Positions 1-10,466 of a stretch of DNA of 64,000 nucleotides are shown here, one piece after another. Under the pieces are notes generated by a model. That model did no database searches. It saw only the letters and a program-made list of their open reading frames with translations, and was not told the origin of the DNA. The stretch is from an uncultured delta proteobacterium (GTDB lineage Bacteria > Desulfobacterota > Desulfobacteria > Desulfobacterales > JAHEIW01). The stretch spans positions 1-64,000 of the forward strand of contig CAVPNL010000005.1 of NCBI GenBank assembly GCA_963706575.1, written 5' to 3'. The translations under genes were made by a program, and so were the position numbers. Every line of letters starts with the position of its first letter. Positions within the stretch are counted from its first letter, which is position 1.

Positions 1-1282
1 GAACAGAGTTTACAAAGGGGGATTGAATTTTATGATGAATTCCAGATGCTGTCTTTGATTGTTCACAATGGGAAGTGCTGCGGGGTGGTTGCTTACGAAC
101 TGGCCACCGGAAAATTGCATACCTTTCATTGTAAGGCGCTAATGCTGGCCACCGGCGGGGCCGGGAAAATTTACAAGACGACTTCCAATGCATTTGCCAG
201 CACCGGTGATGGCATGGCGATTGCCTATCGGGCCGGCGCCCCACTGGAAGACATGGAATTTGTCCAGTTTCATCCGACCGGGATCTATAAGCTGGGAATC
301 CTGATCAGTGAGGCCGCGCGCGGCGAGGGCGGCATTTTACTGAACAATGCCGGTGAACGCTTCATGGAGCGCTATGCACCGGTGATCAAAGATCTGGCAC
401 CTCGCGATATGATTTCGCGTTGCATGCTTGATGAAATGCGCGCCGGCAGAGGAATAGACGGCAAGGACTATTTTCACCTGGATCTGACACACCTGGGCGA
501 GGATGTCATCGAAAAGTGGCCGAAATTACCAGCTTTGCGCGAAATGCTGGTGTTGATCCGGTAAAAGAGCCGATTCCGGTTCAGCCGACCTGCCATTATA
601 TGATGGGTGGCATTGCGACGGATGCCGACGGCCGCGTGGTCATCGATGATAAAAATACGCCGTATGCCGGATTATACGCGGCCGGTGAGTGTGCCGGGCG
701 CGGTGACACGGGGCAAATCGACTGGGCTGCAACGCCCTGCTCGACACACTGGTCTTCGGGCGGCGGGCCGGTCGGCAGATCAAGAAATTTGTTGAGATCG
801 GCTGCCCGGCCGGAGCTGCCCGCCAAACCGGATAAAAGGATGCGGACACGATTAAGGCCTTAATGCAAAGCAGCGGTCGAGAAACCAGTGGCGCTATTCG
901 AGCCGAGCTTCAGGAAAGCATGATGGAAAACGTGTCTGTTTTTCGTCAAAATGAGAGTCTGTCGGCAGCGCTGGATAAGATTAAGGCGCTCAAAGCCCGT
1001 TATAAAAATCTATCCATTCAGGATAAAGGGGGCTGTTTCAATCGTGATCTTTTAGATGCCATTGAGCTGGGTCATTTACTGGATCTGGCTGAAGTCATTA
1101 CGCACAGTGCCCTGATGCGGGAAGAAAGCCGCGGGGCCCATTCGCGCGAAGATTTTCCGGATCGTGACGATAAAAAATTTCTGGCGCATACGATGGCCCG
1201 TTACGATGCAGACCGGGGGCCGCAGATATTTACCAAACCGGTCGCGATTACCAAATTTGAGCCAAAGGAGAGGAAATATTAG
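1..1282 (+). CDS. sdhA: succinate dehydrogenase/fumarate reductase flavoprotein subunit (5' partial; frameshifted near 515, 700 and 840-860)
   Basis: Motifs [56 protein letters not shown] and C-terminal PKERKY spread over ORFs 46-564, 516-863 and 863-1282. Confidence 0.9.
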
Positions 1283-1283
1283 G

Positions 1284-1996
1284 ATGAGATGTCACTTTAC
1301 GGTCTATCGATTTGACCCAAAAACAGATAAAAAGCCGCGATACCAGGAATATGCGGTTAATGCCGAGCCGACCGACAAGATTCTGGATTGTTTGAATAAA
1401 ATCAGATGGGAACAGGATCCGACCCTGGCCTATCGTTATTCCTGCGCCCACGGGATTTGTGGTTCGGATGCGTTAATGATCAACGGACGAATTGAGCTGG
1501 CCTGCCAGAAACTTGTGCGTGATTTTAAAACCGGAAATAATTTTGTGATTGAACCGTTGCCGTTATTTGATGTGGTTAAGGACCTCATTGTCGATCTGGA
1601 GCCATTTTTCGAAAAATATCGGCAGGTGCAGCCATATTGGTCCCCGGCAAAAAGGAATCGAATAAGGAATTTATTCAGCAGGCTGAAGATCAGGAGTTTA
1701 TTGAACCCGCGCTCGGTGCATCCTGTGTGCCTCCTGCACGGCCGCCTGCCCCATGAATCGCGCCAGGCCGGATTATCTCGGGCCGGCCGCGCTGCTGCGC
1801 GCTTTTCGGTATCTTTGATTCACGGGATAGCATAGCCGGAGAGCGTCTGGGAAAAATTGACACGAAGACCGGTGTCCTGGGGCGTGTAAAACTATGTGGT
1901 GCGGTGCACCGAGTCTGTCCCAAATAAATCATCCCCATCACCCAGTGTCTGGGGCAGATCAAGCGCGCCGTTAAGCAGCAAGAAAAAGACAACTAA
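1284..1996 (+). CDS. sdhB: succinate dehydrogenase/fumarate reductase iron-sulfur subunit (frameshifted after ~1640)
   Basis: MRCHFTVYRFDP start, SCAHGICGSD 2Fe-2S motif, LACQ, VVKDLIVD; the C-terminal Cys clusters appear only in shifted frames; end coordinate approximate. Confidence 0.85.
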
Positions 1997-2059
1997 AAGA
2001 AGGGCCCGGGCACACGCCTGGATACGCTCAATTTAGGCCGCGATGAAAAGGAGGTTTCC

Positions 2060-2593
2060 ATGCCCGAGAAAAATTTACTAACCGGGTTCTCGTTTTTTTC
2101 CGATGTCGATCCTGATACACTGGAAGCGATCGCAGGTAAAGGCGAGATTTTAGAATTCAAAGCTGAAGATGTCATTTTTCATGTTGACGAGCCTGCGACT
2201 CATTTTTATGGTCTTTTGGAGGGAGAAATCGATCTGGTGCTTGTTTTTAAGGATAAGGTTTTAAAAACGGATATCGAATACGAAGAAGCCATCCAGGCCA
2301 CCATGGTTGATGAGGAAAAAGAAATCATTGTTGATACGGTAAGCGCGGGGCAGGTGTTCGGGTGGGCTTCCATTGTGGGACCATCAAAGCGCACCGTCAA
2401 TGCCGAATGTTCTGAAACCAGCCGGGTTATCGCCATTCCGGCCGATGAACTGATCGCCATGTTCGATAAGGACCACACCCTGGGCTTTACCATCATGAAA
2501 CGCTTGAGTGATATTATTGCCAGGCGTCTTCGCCATCGGACCGATAAACTCATTGAGACCTGGGGCGAGGCCTTCGATATCGGCTCCATCTAA
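2060..2593 (+). CDS. cyclic nucleotide-binding (Crp/Fnr-type effector domain) protein
   Basis: GQVFGWASI...RTVNA cNMP-binding fold, no HTH; RBS GGAGG. Confidence 0.8.
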   Translation: MPEKNLLTGFSFFSDVDPDTLEAIAGKGEILEFKAEDVIFHVDEPATHFYGLLEGEIDLVLVFKDKVLKTDIEYEEAIQATMVDEEKEIIVDTVSAGQVFGWASIVGPSKRTVNAECSETSRVIAIPADELIAMFDKDHTLGFTIMKRLSDIIARRLRHRTDKLIETWGEAFDIGSI

Positions 2594-2737
2594 ATCTGTC
2601 TTAAAAATAGCATCGTAATGCCCAATGGCTGCGTTGCAGAGCGATTCAAAATGCTCACATACTATCGTGTATGCTCCGCTTTTGAAACGCTTTGCGCCTT
2701 GCCCTTGAGCGTGATCTACTATTTTTAAGACAGATTT
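2592..2737. mobile_element. family A MITE-like element, copy 1
   Basis: Perfect 19-bp TIR AAATCTGTCTTAAAAATAG; core GCCCAATGGCTGCGTTGCA...AAATGCTCACATAC...GTATGCT shared with copies at 38382, 58566 and 59283. Confidence 0.8.
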
Positions 2738-2793
2738 TGCTTGGCGATTAAATAGAATTAAACCTGACAAAAAGAAGATAAGGATTCATTGTG

Positions 2794-3822
2794 ATGAAAG
2801 CGTTATATTTTGAAGAGCATGGTGAGTTGGATGTCATTCAGTACGGGGACGTGCCGGAACCGGAAACGGGGCCCGGGCAGATCAAGATGCGGGTGCGAGC
2901 GACCGCCCTCAATTACCTGGACATCTGGGTACGGCGCGGCTGGCCCGGACTTAAACTGGAAATGCCCCACTGGTGCGGTGCGGATATGGCCGGAGAGATC
3001 GTTGAGCTGGGAGAAGGGGTTACCGGCTGGCAGGTGGGCCAGCGGGTTGTCGCCGACCCGGGCGTTAATGTATTTGAAGATGAATATACCGGGCGGGGCG
3101 AAGATTGTGTGAGTCCCGGGTATCACGTACTCGGCGAGCATCAGCGTGGTGGCGCTGCCGAATATATTGTACTTCCGGCCGGCGGTCTGGCAGCGATTCC
3201 GGATGATGTGGATTTTCCGGAAGCCGCAGCGCCCTTGCTGGTGACGTTGACGGCCTGGCGGATGCTAATCCACCGGGCGGCGTTGCGTCCCGGAGAATCC
3301 GTGCTGGTTGTGGGCTCCGGCGGCGGGGTTAACAGCATGTCCATCCAGGTTGCCAAACTTGCCGGTGCTTTTGTATACGCTGTAGCCGGTAATGAAAAAA
3401 AAGCACAGCTGGCAAAAGAGCTGGGCGCCGATGTCGTGCTGGATCGCTCCAAGGTCGATTGGGGCCGTGAAATATTCAAGTTGACCGACAAGCGGGGCGT
3501 TGATGTGATCGTTGATAATGTCGGCAAAGCGACACTGATGAAAAGCATGCAGGCCCTGGCACGAGGCGGCCGCATTGTGATTGTCGGCAATACCAGCGGC
3601 CCCCAGACCGAAATCGATATCCGCTACATTTTCGGGAAACAGATCAGCCTGATCGGCAGCACCATGGGGACCCATCAGGATTTTAAGGATGTCATTGGTA
3701 TGCTCTGGGCCGGCAAACTCAAACCCGTCATCGATCGGGTGATGCCGCTAAGCGAAGGCCGCAAAGCGTATGAGATAATGCAGCAGGGGGGGCAGCTGGG
3801 GAAGATTGTCCTAACCCCATAG
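2794..3822 (+). CDS. zinc-binding alcohol dehydrogenase/quinone oxidoreductase (MDR family)
   Basis: ALNYLD, GADMAGEIVELG, VVGSGGGV NAD(P) loop, C-terminal GKIVL. Confidence 0.85.
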   Translation: MKALYFEEHGELDVIQYGDVPEPETGPGQIKMRVRATALNYLDIWVRRGWPGLKLEMPHWCGADMAGEIVELGEGVTGWQVGQRVVADPGVNVFEDEYTGRGEDCVSPGYHVLGEHQRGGAAEYIVLPAGGLAAIPDDVDFPEAAAPLLVTLTAWRMLIHRAALRPGESVLVVGSGGGVNSMSIQVAKLAGAFVYAVAGNEKKAQLAKELGADVVLDRSKVDWGREIFKLTDKRGVDVIVDNVGKATLMKSMQALARGGRIVIVGNTSGPQTEIDIRYIFGKQISLIGSTMGTHQDFKDVIGMLWAGKLKPVIDRVMPLSEGRKAYEIMQQGGQLGKIVLTP

Positions 3823-3838
3823 TCTCCTTTTATTTTGG

Positions 3839-3985
3839 GCTACTGGCTTCTGGCCTCAAAAAGGTTTCAGGTGTCAGCAATCAATAGGTGTCAGTGTTCA
3901 GGTGTCAGGTTTCTGCGCTGCCAATTCTGACACCTGACACCCGACACCTGAAACCTACAAAGATCCAGCAGCAAGAAGCCAGAGA
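3839..3985. repeat. nested palindromic heptamer arrays
   Basis: (AGGTGTC/AGGTTTC)n facing (CTGACAC/CTGAAAC)n, enclosed by CTGGCTT-type and AAGCCAG-type arms, between convergent genes. Confidence 0.75.
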
Positions 3986-4010
3986 CGCAACGGGCCACAA
4001 ACGACTTTCC

Positions 4011-5156
4011 TCAATTATACTGCTTGATCAATTCACGAAAAATAACCAATTTTTGTACATCCTGGGTGCCCTCACCCAGTGACGATGCCCAGGCATCCAT
4101 GGGGAATTTGTGAATGGGGTGTTCCCGGATGACCGAAGCAGCCCCAAAGATATCTGCCGCCCAGGTGGTCACCTTGCGGGCAATTTCCACGGCCAGGTAT
4201 TTTGCCAGAGAAGATTCCCGCCGAAAATTTTTATTTTGATCTATTTTCCAGCAAGCCTTCCAGAGCATCAGACGGGCTGCTTCAATTTTGGCATAAAAGT
4301 CAGCTGCTTCAAAATTTTTTGCCTGAAAATCCGTAATGGTCTGGCCGAATATTTTACGCTTTGCGGCATGTTCGAGGGCCAGTTCAAACGCGCCCACAGC
4401 CGTTCCCAGGGTCATCGCAGCAATGGGAACCCGGCTGTTGGTAAATACGGTCAGTACCTGCTGCAGTCCCTGCGCCTGATCTCCTAAAAGATGATCTTCG
4501 GGTACGAACACATCATTAAACTGCAGGCGGGTCAGATCGGACGGAATCCAGACCTGTTTATTCAGTTTTGTTTTCTTAACCCCCTCCGACTGCAGATCCA
4601 CCAGATACATGGACAAGCGGTTGTTTCTCGATGCCTGGGAATCTGACACCGCCGTAATCACCGCCAGATCGCTGATGAATCCGTTCGTTACGTAGGCTTT
4701 TGTGCCATTGAGCCGCCAGCCGCCTTTAACCTTTTGGGCGCGCATCGCGATGCCGGCGACATCGCTGCCGGCCATTCGCTCGGTGTTGCCAAGACACATC
4801 AGCGTTTCTCCCAAGGCCGCGAATTTGCCATAACGCTCCTTAAGATTATCAGAGCCGAACAGGAACAGCGCCATCAGCCCTAAATCGATTTGGGCCAGTG
4901 CAGCCACAGCCACCCCAGGTGATACCTTTGCCAATTCCTCGGCTATTAACGCTTCCCTTAAGGCGGATCCTCTGGTCAGACGGCCTTCTTTTAACTCCAT
5001 TCCATACCAGCCGTCGGTTCCCATTTCGCGAAAAAATTCAACGGGGATTTCCTGGCGTTGATACCATCCCGGCAGTTCTGAAATAATGCGATCCTTGATA
5101 AATTTTTTAAAGCTTATTATCTCCTCGGATAGGGAGTGGGGGATTGAAAAATCCAT
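4011..5156 (-). CDS. acyl-CoA dehydrogenase
   Basis: NTE..AGSD, LNGTKAYVTNG, RKIFGQTI..FQ, LGEGTQDVQK. Confidence 0.9.
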   Translation of the reverse strand: MDFSIPHSLSEEIISFKKFIKDRIISELPGWYQRQEIPVEFFREMGTDGWYGMELKEGRLTRGSALREALIAEELAKVSPGVAVAALAQIDLGLMALFLFGSDNLKERYGKFAALGETLMCLGNTERMAGSDVAGIAMRAQKVKGGWRLNGTKAYVTNGFISDLAVITAVSDSQASRNNRLSMYLVDLQSEGVKKTKLNKQVWIPSDLTRLQFNDVFVPEDHLLGDQAQGLQQVLTVFTNSRVPIAAMTLGTAVGAFELALEHAAKRKIFGQTITDFQAKNFEAADFYAKIEAARLMLWKACWKIDQNKNFRRESSLAKYLAVEIARKVTTWAADIFGAASVIREHPIHKFPMDAWASSLGEGTQDVQKLVIFRELIKQYN

Positions 5157-5740
5157 GGTTGCTCCTTTAGCTTCCGATTAAACAGGTTCAGTGCTGTAAA
5201 GGTGTGAAGGCAAATATCCGCTTTGATCCGGTAGATTAAACAATATAGACATAAACATATCAAAAACAAGGCAATTCGGAATTTGAAAACCGGTAGCCCT
5301 TTTATTAGTCGTGATGGTGACATAGGCCTTACGATTAACCCCAGCATCATGCTAACATTTTGATTTTTATATGTAAGTCCCTGTGATCTCTATGCTGAAC
5401 CGCAACCATGTATTTTCATGTTTTACAAAAGATTATCCTTGGTACGCTTTTATGCAGGAACGCTTCGATCTCTGACTTAATTATGATTTACAAAAATGCT
5501 TTAAAATAGTACATAAAATAAGTTATATTGGATAATGCAATCAGATCGGTAAAATGGTTTCCATTTTAAGTCATAAAAGCTGAACCAGATTTTACGGTCA
5601 TCCAAATACGACAACCCTTATTTCAATGCACTAAGAAAACCGGTTCCAAAAATTTGCAGCTCACCCTGCGGTTTTGCTGGATAACTTTAGGCCTGAGGAA
5701 TTAACGTCGTCTTCATGTTGAACAGGCATTGGAGGGGATT

Positions 5741-5977
5741 ATGGAACTTAAAGATCTGATTCAACACATTGCGGAGGCACTGGTAGACAGCCCGGAGCAG
5801 GTGACGGTCACAGCACTCGAAGGCAGTCAGGCTACCGTATTGGAACTCAAAGTGGCCAAAGAAGATCTGGGGAAAATTATCGGCAAACAAGGGCGTACGG
5901 CCAAGTCGATTCGTACGATTTTGGGCGCAGCATCGGCCAAGCAACACAAACGTACTGTTCTTGAAATTGTTGAATAG
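5741..5977 (+). CDS. khpA: KH-domain RNA-binding protein (KhpA/YlqC family)
   Basis: LVDSPEQV...[34 protein letters not shown] before ATG 5741. Confidence 0.9.
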   Translation: MELKDLIQHIAEALVDSPEQVTVTALEGSQATVLELKVAKEDLGKIIGKQGRTAKSIRTILGAASAKQHKRTVLEIVE

Positions 5978-6071
5978 TTTGCAACCAGAACATGTCCTTC
6001 TTTTAAAAGCCCCAATAGCTCAAACAAAAATTGGTGAACGGCGCGGTTCGGCGAAAAAGCGGAGCAATAAA

Positions 6072-6167
6072 ATCGTGGCTGGAAGCCACTCCCACTATTT
6101 TATTTATCATCACAATGTCCTGTTTTATGCCATTAGAAAAATTGTGGGAGCGGCATCTTGCCGCGAT
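6072..6167. repeat. GTGG-type REP doublet (REPIN-like)
   Basis: ATCGTGGCTGGAAGCCACTCCCAC (6072-6095) inverted against GTGGGAGCGGCATCTTGCCGCGAT (6144-6167). Confidence 0.7.
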
Positions 6168-6415
6168 CAATGAGCGGCTTTCTTTTTCCTTAACGACAAA
6201 TTCCTCGAAAATTTGGCCCCTGTGCCATCAGACGTGCACCATCATAATGACGGATTCACCCGAACGTCCTGATTCTCCGAAAAACCGCTTTGGATGTAAT
6301 GAAAGTCCGGCCTTCAGCGACATTAACTAGAACCCATCTCAAAACCGATTTTCTTCTGTAAAGACTTTTCGAATCAATTAATTGAGCGGCCGGGAAGTTT
6401 TTTCTTTTCAAGCTT

Positions 6416-6488
6416 GTCATTCCCGCGCAGGCGGGAATCCAGAAATACCTTGCGGAAAAAACTGGATGCCCGCCTGCGCGGGAATGAC
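6416..6488. repeat. family B REP-like doublet (GTCATTCCCGCGCAGGCGGGAATCCAG), copy 1
   Basis: Two inverted palindromic units; related copies at 46971 and 56017; a solo TIR TAGAACCCATCTCAAAA lies at 6328-6344. Confidence 0.85.
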
Positions 6489-6618
6489 GGTAAAAGCTGC
6501 CCGACCCCTAAACGAATTATCTTTACAAGCGCTTGACTTAGCAAAAATCCGCACCATAATTATTTTGTATGTTTGAGCAGACGAAAGCAAAGAAGCAAAG
6601 AGAAGAAGGAGTAAGGCG

Positions 6619-7731
6619 ATGCCGCGCAAAAAGATAACCATTTCCGACAAAGTCGAATATCTTTCCATTTTGGATGAAAGGGGACAGCTGGACAAAAAGC
6701 TCGAGCCGGACATCCCCAAAGATGTTCTTCTGCAACTGCATCGGGCGATGCTTTTGGGGCGCAAGTTTGATGAGCGCTTGCTGAATCTTCAAAGGCAGGG
6801 CCGCATCGGCACCTTTCCGCCCATAAAAGGCCAGGAAGCCGCGCAGCTCGGCACCATCGCCCATCTGCGCCCCAGTGACTGGATGGTTCCGGCCTTCCGC
6901 GAAACAGCGGCTGAGCTGTGGCGCGGTAGATCCCTTGAAAGTATTATCATTTACAACAACGGGTATAACGAGGGAATCGATATTCCCGAGGACCGAAACG
7001 ATATGCCCATATCGGTGCCGGTGGGCTCTCAAATTATTCACGCGGTCGGATTGGGGTGGGCCGCGAAATACCGCCAGAAAGATGACGTGGCCATGGCGTT
7101 TTTCGGTGATGGTGCAACTTCACAGGGAGATTTCCATGAAGGCTTAAATTTTGCTGCGGTTTTCCAGGTTCCGGCGGTTTTTGTTTGCCAGAATAATCAC
7201 TGGGCCATTTCGATACCCCTTTCCAAGCAGACCCGTTCAAAAACGCTGGCCCAAAAGGCCATTGCCTATGGGATGCCGGGCATTCAGGTGGATGGCAATG
7301 ATATTCTGGCAGTTTATGCCGCCGCACAGGAGGCTGTCGAAAGAGCGCGAAGCGGCGGCGGACCCACTCTGATCGAGTGCGTCACCTACCGCCTGATGAT
7401 GCATACCACCGCGGACGACCCCAAACGTTATCGCAGCGATGAAGAGGTTGAACAATGGAGCAAGCGTGATCCGCTGATAAGGTTTGAGAAATACCTCATG
7501 GATAAGGGATTGCTTTCCGAAGAGAAACGCAACCAGGTTGAATCTGAAGTTTTAGCCGAGATTCAGACCGCCGTAGACCGGGCTGAAAAACAGATGGAAG
7601 CCCTCGGCGATCCCATCGAAATGTTTGATCATGCATACGCGGATATGCCGCCCTATTTAAAGGAACAAAAAGCAGATTTTGCTCATGAGCACGAGTTGTC
7701 TGAGACCGATGAGGAGGGCAAGCATGGCTAA
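6619..7731 (+). CDS. pdhA: 2-oxoacid (pyruvate/branched-chain) dehydrogenase E1 alpha
   Basis: LQRQGRIG, GQEAAQ, FFGDGATSQGDFHEGLNFA, QNN..AIS, HTTADDP. Confidence 0.9.
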   Translation: MPRKKITISDKVEYLSILDERGQLDKKLEPDIPKDVLLQLHRAMLLGRKFDERLLNLQRQGRIGTFPPIKGQEAAQLGTIAHLRPSDWMVPAFRETAAELWRGRSLESIIIYNNGYNEGIDIPEDRNDMPISVPVGSQIIHAVGLGWAAKYRQKDDVAMAFFGDGATSQGDFHEGLNFAAVFQVPAVFVCQNNHWAISIPLSKQTRSKTLAQKAIAYGMPGIQVDGNDILAVYAAAQEAVERARSGGGPTLIECVTYRLMMHTTADDPKRYRSDEEVEQWSKRDPLIRFEKYLMDKGLLSEEKRNQVESEVLAEIQTAVDRAEKQMEALGDPIEMFDHAYADMPPYLKEQKADFAHEHELSETDEEGKHG

Positions 7732-8704
7732 AATGACGATGGTCCAGGCCCTCAATCTGGCCCTGCGGCAGGAAATGGAAAAAGACGACAGCGTTATTGT
7801 TCTGGGAGAAGATGTCGGGCTTGACGGTGGTGTATTCAGGGTAACCGATGGTCTTATCGATCAATTCGGCGACCAACGGGTGCTGGATACACCCTTGGCC
7901 GAATCTGCAATTGCCGGGATGTCTATCGGCATGGCGGTCTATGGACTCAAGCCGGTCTGTGAGATTCAATTTTCCGGTTTCAGTTATCAAAACTTTCACC
8001 AGATCGAAAATCACGCTGCACGTTTGCGCTGGCGCTCCCGGGGAAGATACCATGTTCCTATGGTTTTGCGAACACCTTACGGCGGCGGTGTCAGGGCACT
8101 GGAGCACCACTCCGAAAGCCGCGAAACATATTGGGCCCATACGCCGGGGCTTAAAATGGTGATTCCCTCCGGGCCCCGCAATGCCCGGGCATTGCTGGTC
8201 AGCGCCATTCGTGATCCGGATCCGGTGATTTTTTATGAAGCCAAAGCGTTGTACCGCGCTTTTCGGGAAGACGTGCCCGAGGCAGAAGAGACACTGCCGA
8301 TCGGCGAACCGCAACGGGTCAAAGAAGGCCAGGATCTAACCCTGATTTCCTACGGGGCCATGATGCGGCCCACGCTGGAGGCAGCTCAGCAGCTGCAGGA
8401 TAGGGACGGTATTGCGGCGGAGGTGATCGATTTACTGACGATTTCACCGCTGGATGAAAAAATTTTAGTCCAATCAGCGAAAAAGACCGGCCGGGCGGTG
8501 GTGGTTCACGAAGCCCCGCGCAGCTTCGGGCCCGGTGCCGAAGTTGTTTCGCGCTTGATGGAAAAGGCGTTTTATTATCTGGAAGCCCCGATAGAGCGGG
8601 TCACCGGATATGATGTCGTTATTCCGCTGTTCAGCCGCGAGAAAGCCTATTTGCCCGATGCCGAACGCATATGCCGTGCAGCCAGGAAGGTGCTGGCTGC
8701 TTAG
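7724..8704 (+). CDS. pdhB: 2-oxoacid dehydrogenase E1 beta
   Basis: LGEDVG..GGVFRVTDGL, DTPLAES, EIQFSGF, EHHSES; start overlaps the E1 alpha end. Confidence 0.9.
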   Translation: MAKMTMVQALNLALRQEMEKDDSVIVLGEDVGLDGGVFRVTDGLIDQFGDQRVLDTPLAESAIAGMSIGMAVYGLKPVCEIQFSGFSYQNFHQIENHAARLRWRSRGRYHVPMVLRTPYGGGVRALEHHSESRETYWAHTPGLKMVIPSGPRNARALLVSAIRDPDPVIFYEAKALYRAFREDVPEAEETLPIGEPQRVKEGQDLTLISYGAMMRPTLEAAQQLQDRDGIAAEVIDLLTISPLDEKILVQSAKKTGRAVVVHEAPRSFGPGAEVVSRLMEKAFYYLEAPIERVTGYDVVIPLFSREKAYLPDAERICRAARKVLAA

Positions 8705-8706
8705 TA

Positions 8707-8778
8707 AGGTTTCGGTTGTCCGTCCAATTAAACAGATTCAACACCTGCTATCAGCCTGACACCGAAACATTGAAACCT
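8707..8778. repeat. degenerate heptamer palindromic element
   Basis: AGGTTTCGGTTGTC...CTGACACCGAAACATTGAAACCT, same type as the 3.9-kb array. Confidence 0.5.
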
Positions 8779-8809
8779 GCCAATCGTCTGCGAGGCGAAG
8801 GGAGAAAAT

Positions 8810-10099
8810 ATGAGCAGATCTTTTAAGTTGCCTGATTTGGGCGAAGGGGTACACGAAGGTGAGGTGCTTGCCGTTCACGTTTCCGTGGGACAGGAAGTAA
8901 AAGAGGGTGATATCATTTTAGAGGTCGAGACCGATAAAGCGGCGGTGGAGATTCCGTCTCCCTTTAGCGGTACGGTAGCCCAGATACTTGTCAAACCGGG
9001 GGACACGGTAAAGGTCGGCGATGTGATGATGACCTTCGGCAACGGCGAGGCGGCCGAGGCTGTCGAAGTGGATAAACAGGAAGATTTGCTGCCTGAAGCG
9101 GTTGAAACCGAACAAGTCGTATCCCCACCGGAGGCGGGAAAACCAAAAGGGCCTGTACCGGCCTCGCCGGCAACCCGCCGATTGGCACGAGAATTGGGCG
9201 TTAATCTTCATCGGGTGACATCGACCGGATCCGGTGGCCTGGTGACAGCCGATGATGTTCGCGCCTTTGCCGAGACCGGCAAAGACGTGGTCGAAGCGCC
9301 GGCTGCCGGTGAAGTTGTCCCGGTTGAAGCAGCGGCTGTTTCCATACCATCACCGACATTGCCGGATTTTACCAAATGGGGTGCGGTTGAACGGGTGCCG
9401 TTTCGCTCCCTGCGCAGGGCAACCGCCAAACAGATGGTGATTGCCTGGTCTCAGATACCGCATGTCACCAGCCAGGATCAGGTGGACATCACCAAGCTGG
9501 AGGCTTTTCGCCAGAAACACAAGGCTGAAATTCAGGCCCAGGGCGGTCGTTTAACGATGACGGTTTTTGCGTTAAAAGCGGTTGCCACCGCGCTTAAAAC
9601 CTATCCGCAATTTAATGCAACGCTCGATGCCGAAGCCGGCGAGATCATCATTAAAAAATATTTTCATATCGGCGTTGCCGTAAACACCGAAAATGGTCTG
9701 ATCGTGCCGGTTGTGCGGGATGTCGACCGCAAGAGCATAAAAGAGCTATCCATTGAATTAAACGACATTGTTGAACAGACCCGGTCCCGCAAGATTTCAC
9801 TGGACGATCTGCAGGGCGGCACTTTTACCATCACCAACGCCGGCGCCATGGGCGGCGGTTATTTTTCACCGATCATCAATTTTCCCGAGGTGGCCATCCT
9901 GGGAATGGGCCAGGGGAGGCTGCAGCCGGCTGTGATTGATAAGGGCAACGGCGAACATGCGATCGCTCCGCGGCTGATCATGCCGATTGTGCTTTGCATC
10001 GATCATCGCGTACTGGACGGTGCCGATGCCATTAAATTTTTAAAGGTGGTTGTCGACTCCCTAGAAGATCCGGATGAGCTGCTCATATCCATGACCTAG
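8810..10099 (+). CDS. pdhC: dihydrolipoamide acyltransferase E2 (one lipoyl domain)
   Basis: LPDLGEG, VETDKA lipoyl site, ASPATRRLARE, DHRVLDGA. Confidence 0.92.
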   Translation: MSRSFKLPDLGEGVHEGEVLAVHVSVGQEVKEGDIILEVETDKAAVEIPSPFSGTVAQILVKPGDTVKVGDVMMTFGNGEAAEAVEVDKQEDLLPEAVETEQVVSPPEAGKPKGPVPASPATRRLARELGVNLHRVTSTGSGGLVTADDVRAFAETGKDVVEAPAAGEVVPVEAAAVSIPSPTLPDFTKWGAVERVPFRSLRRATAKQMVIAWSQIPHVTSQDQVDITKLEAFRQKHKAEIQAQGGRLTMTVFALKAVATALKTYPQFNATLDAEAGEIIIKKYFHIGVAVNTENGLIVPVVRDVDRKSIKELSIELNDIVEQTRSRKISLDDLQGGTFTITNAGAMGGGYFSPIINFPEVAILGMGQGRLQPAVIDKGNGEHAIAPRLIMPIVLCIDHRVLDGADAIKFLKVVVDSLEDPDELLISMT

Positions 10100-10466
10100 T
10101 TTTAGTTTGCACTTATAAAATGGTCATTTATTGCAGCCTTTTATCAATTATCAGGGTTGTATTGTATGAATTAATACAAGTTTGGATGCTCTACAGACGT
10201 GAAAATTGATCAAAGAACTTGTTTTAATCGATAATATTATCAAAGGTTGTTCATACTAGCTTTAATTCTAGTAAAATACTAGGTTCAATATTCAGAGAAT
10301 TTTTATATTTTCAATTTAAAAATAAGGAATTTTTTCCAAGCTCAAAGTGGCAGATTTTAACCGGCCGGCGACCAGGAGCAAGAATCCAAAAGCCGGTGGC
10401 CAAGAAATAAAGGCTGCAAGCAGCGAACAACGGACAACTAACGACAAACAAACCAAAGGTTTAGAT

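Noticed and set aside
5440..5456. Sigma-54 promoter TGGTACGCTTTTATGCA upstream of khpA
   Set aside because: GG-to-GC spacing is 11 nt rather than the required 10, unless the T-run has a homopolymer error
7496..8314. Long antisense ORFs (7496-8314, 32737-33456, 52551-53264, 56263-56904 and others)
   Set aside because: Shadow frames of well-supported genes with no recognisable motifs
10347..10466. N-terminal extensions in the ORF track (lpdA here; likewise hbd to 46826, MerR from 34569, 4Fe-4S protein to 22601)
   Set aside because: They run through intergenic or repeat DNA or overlap neighbouring genes; downstream ATGs with RBS fit the family starts
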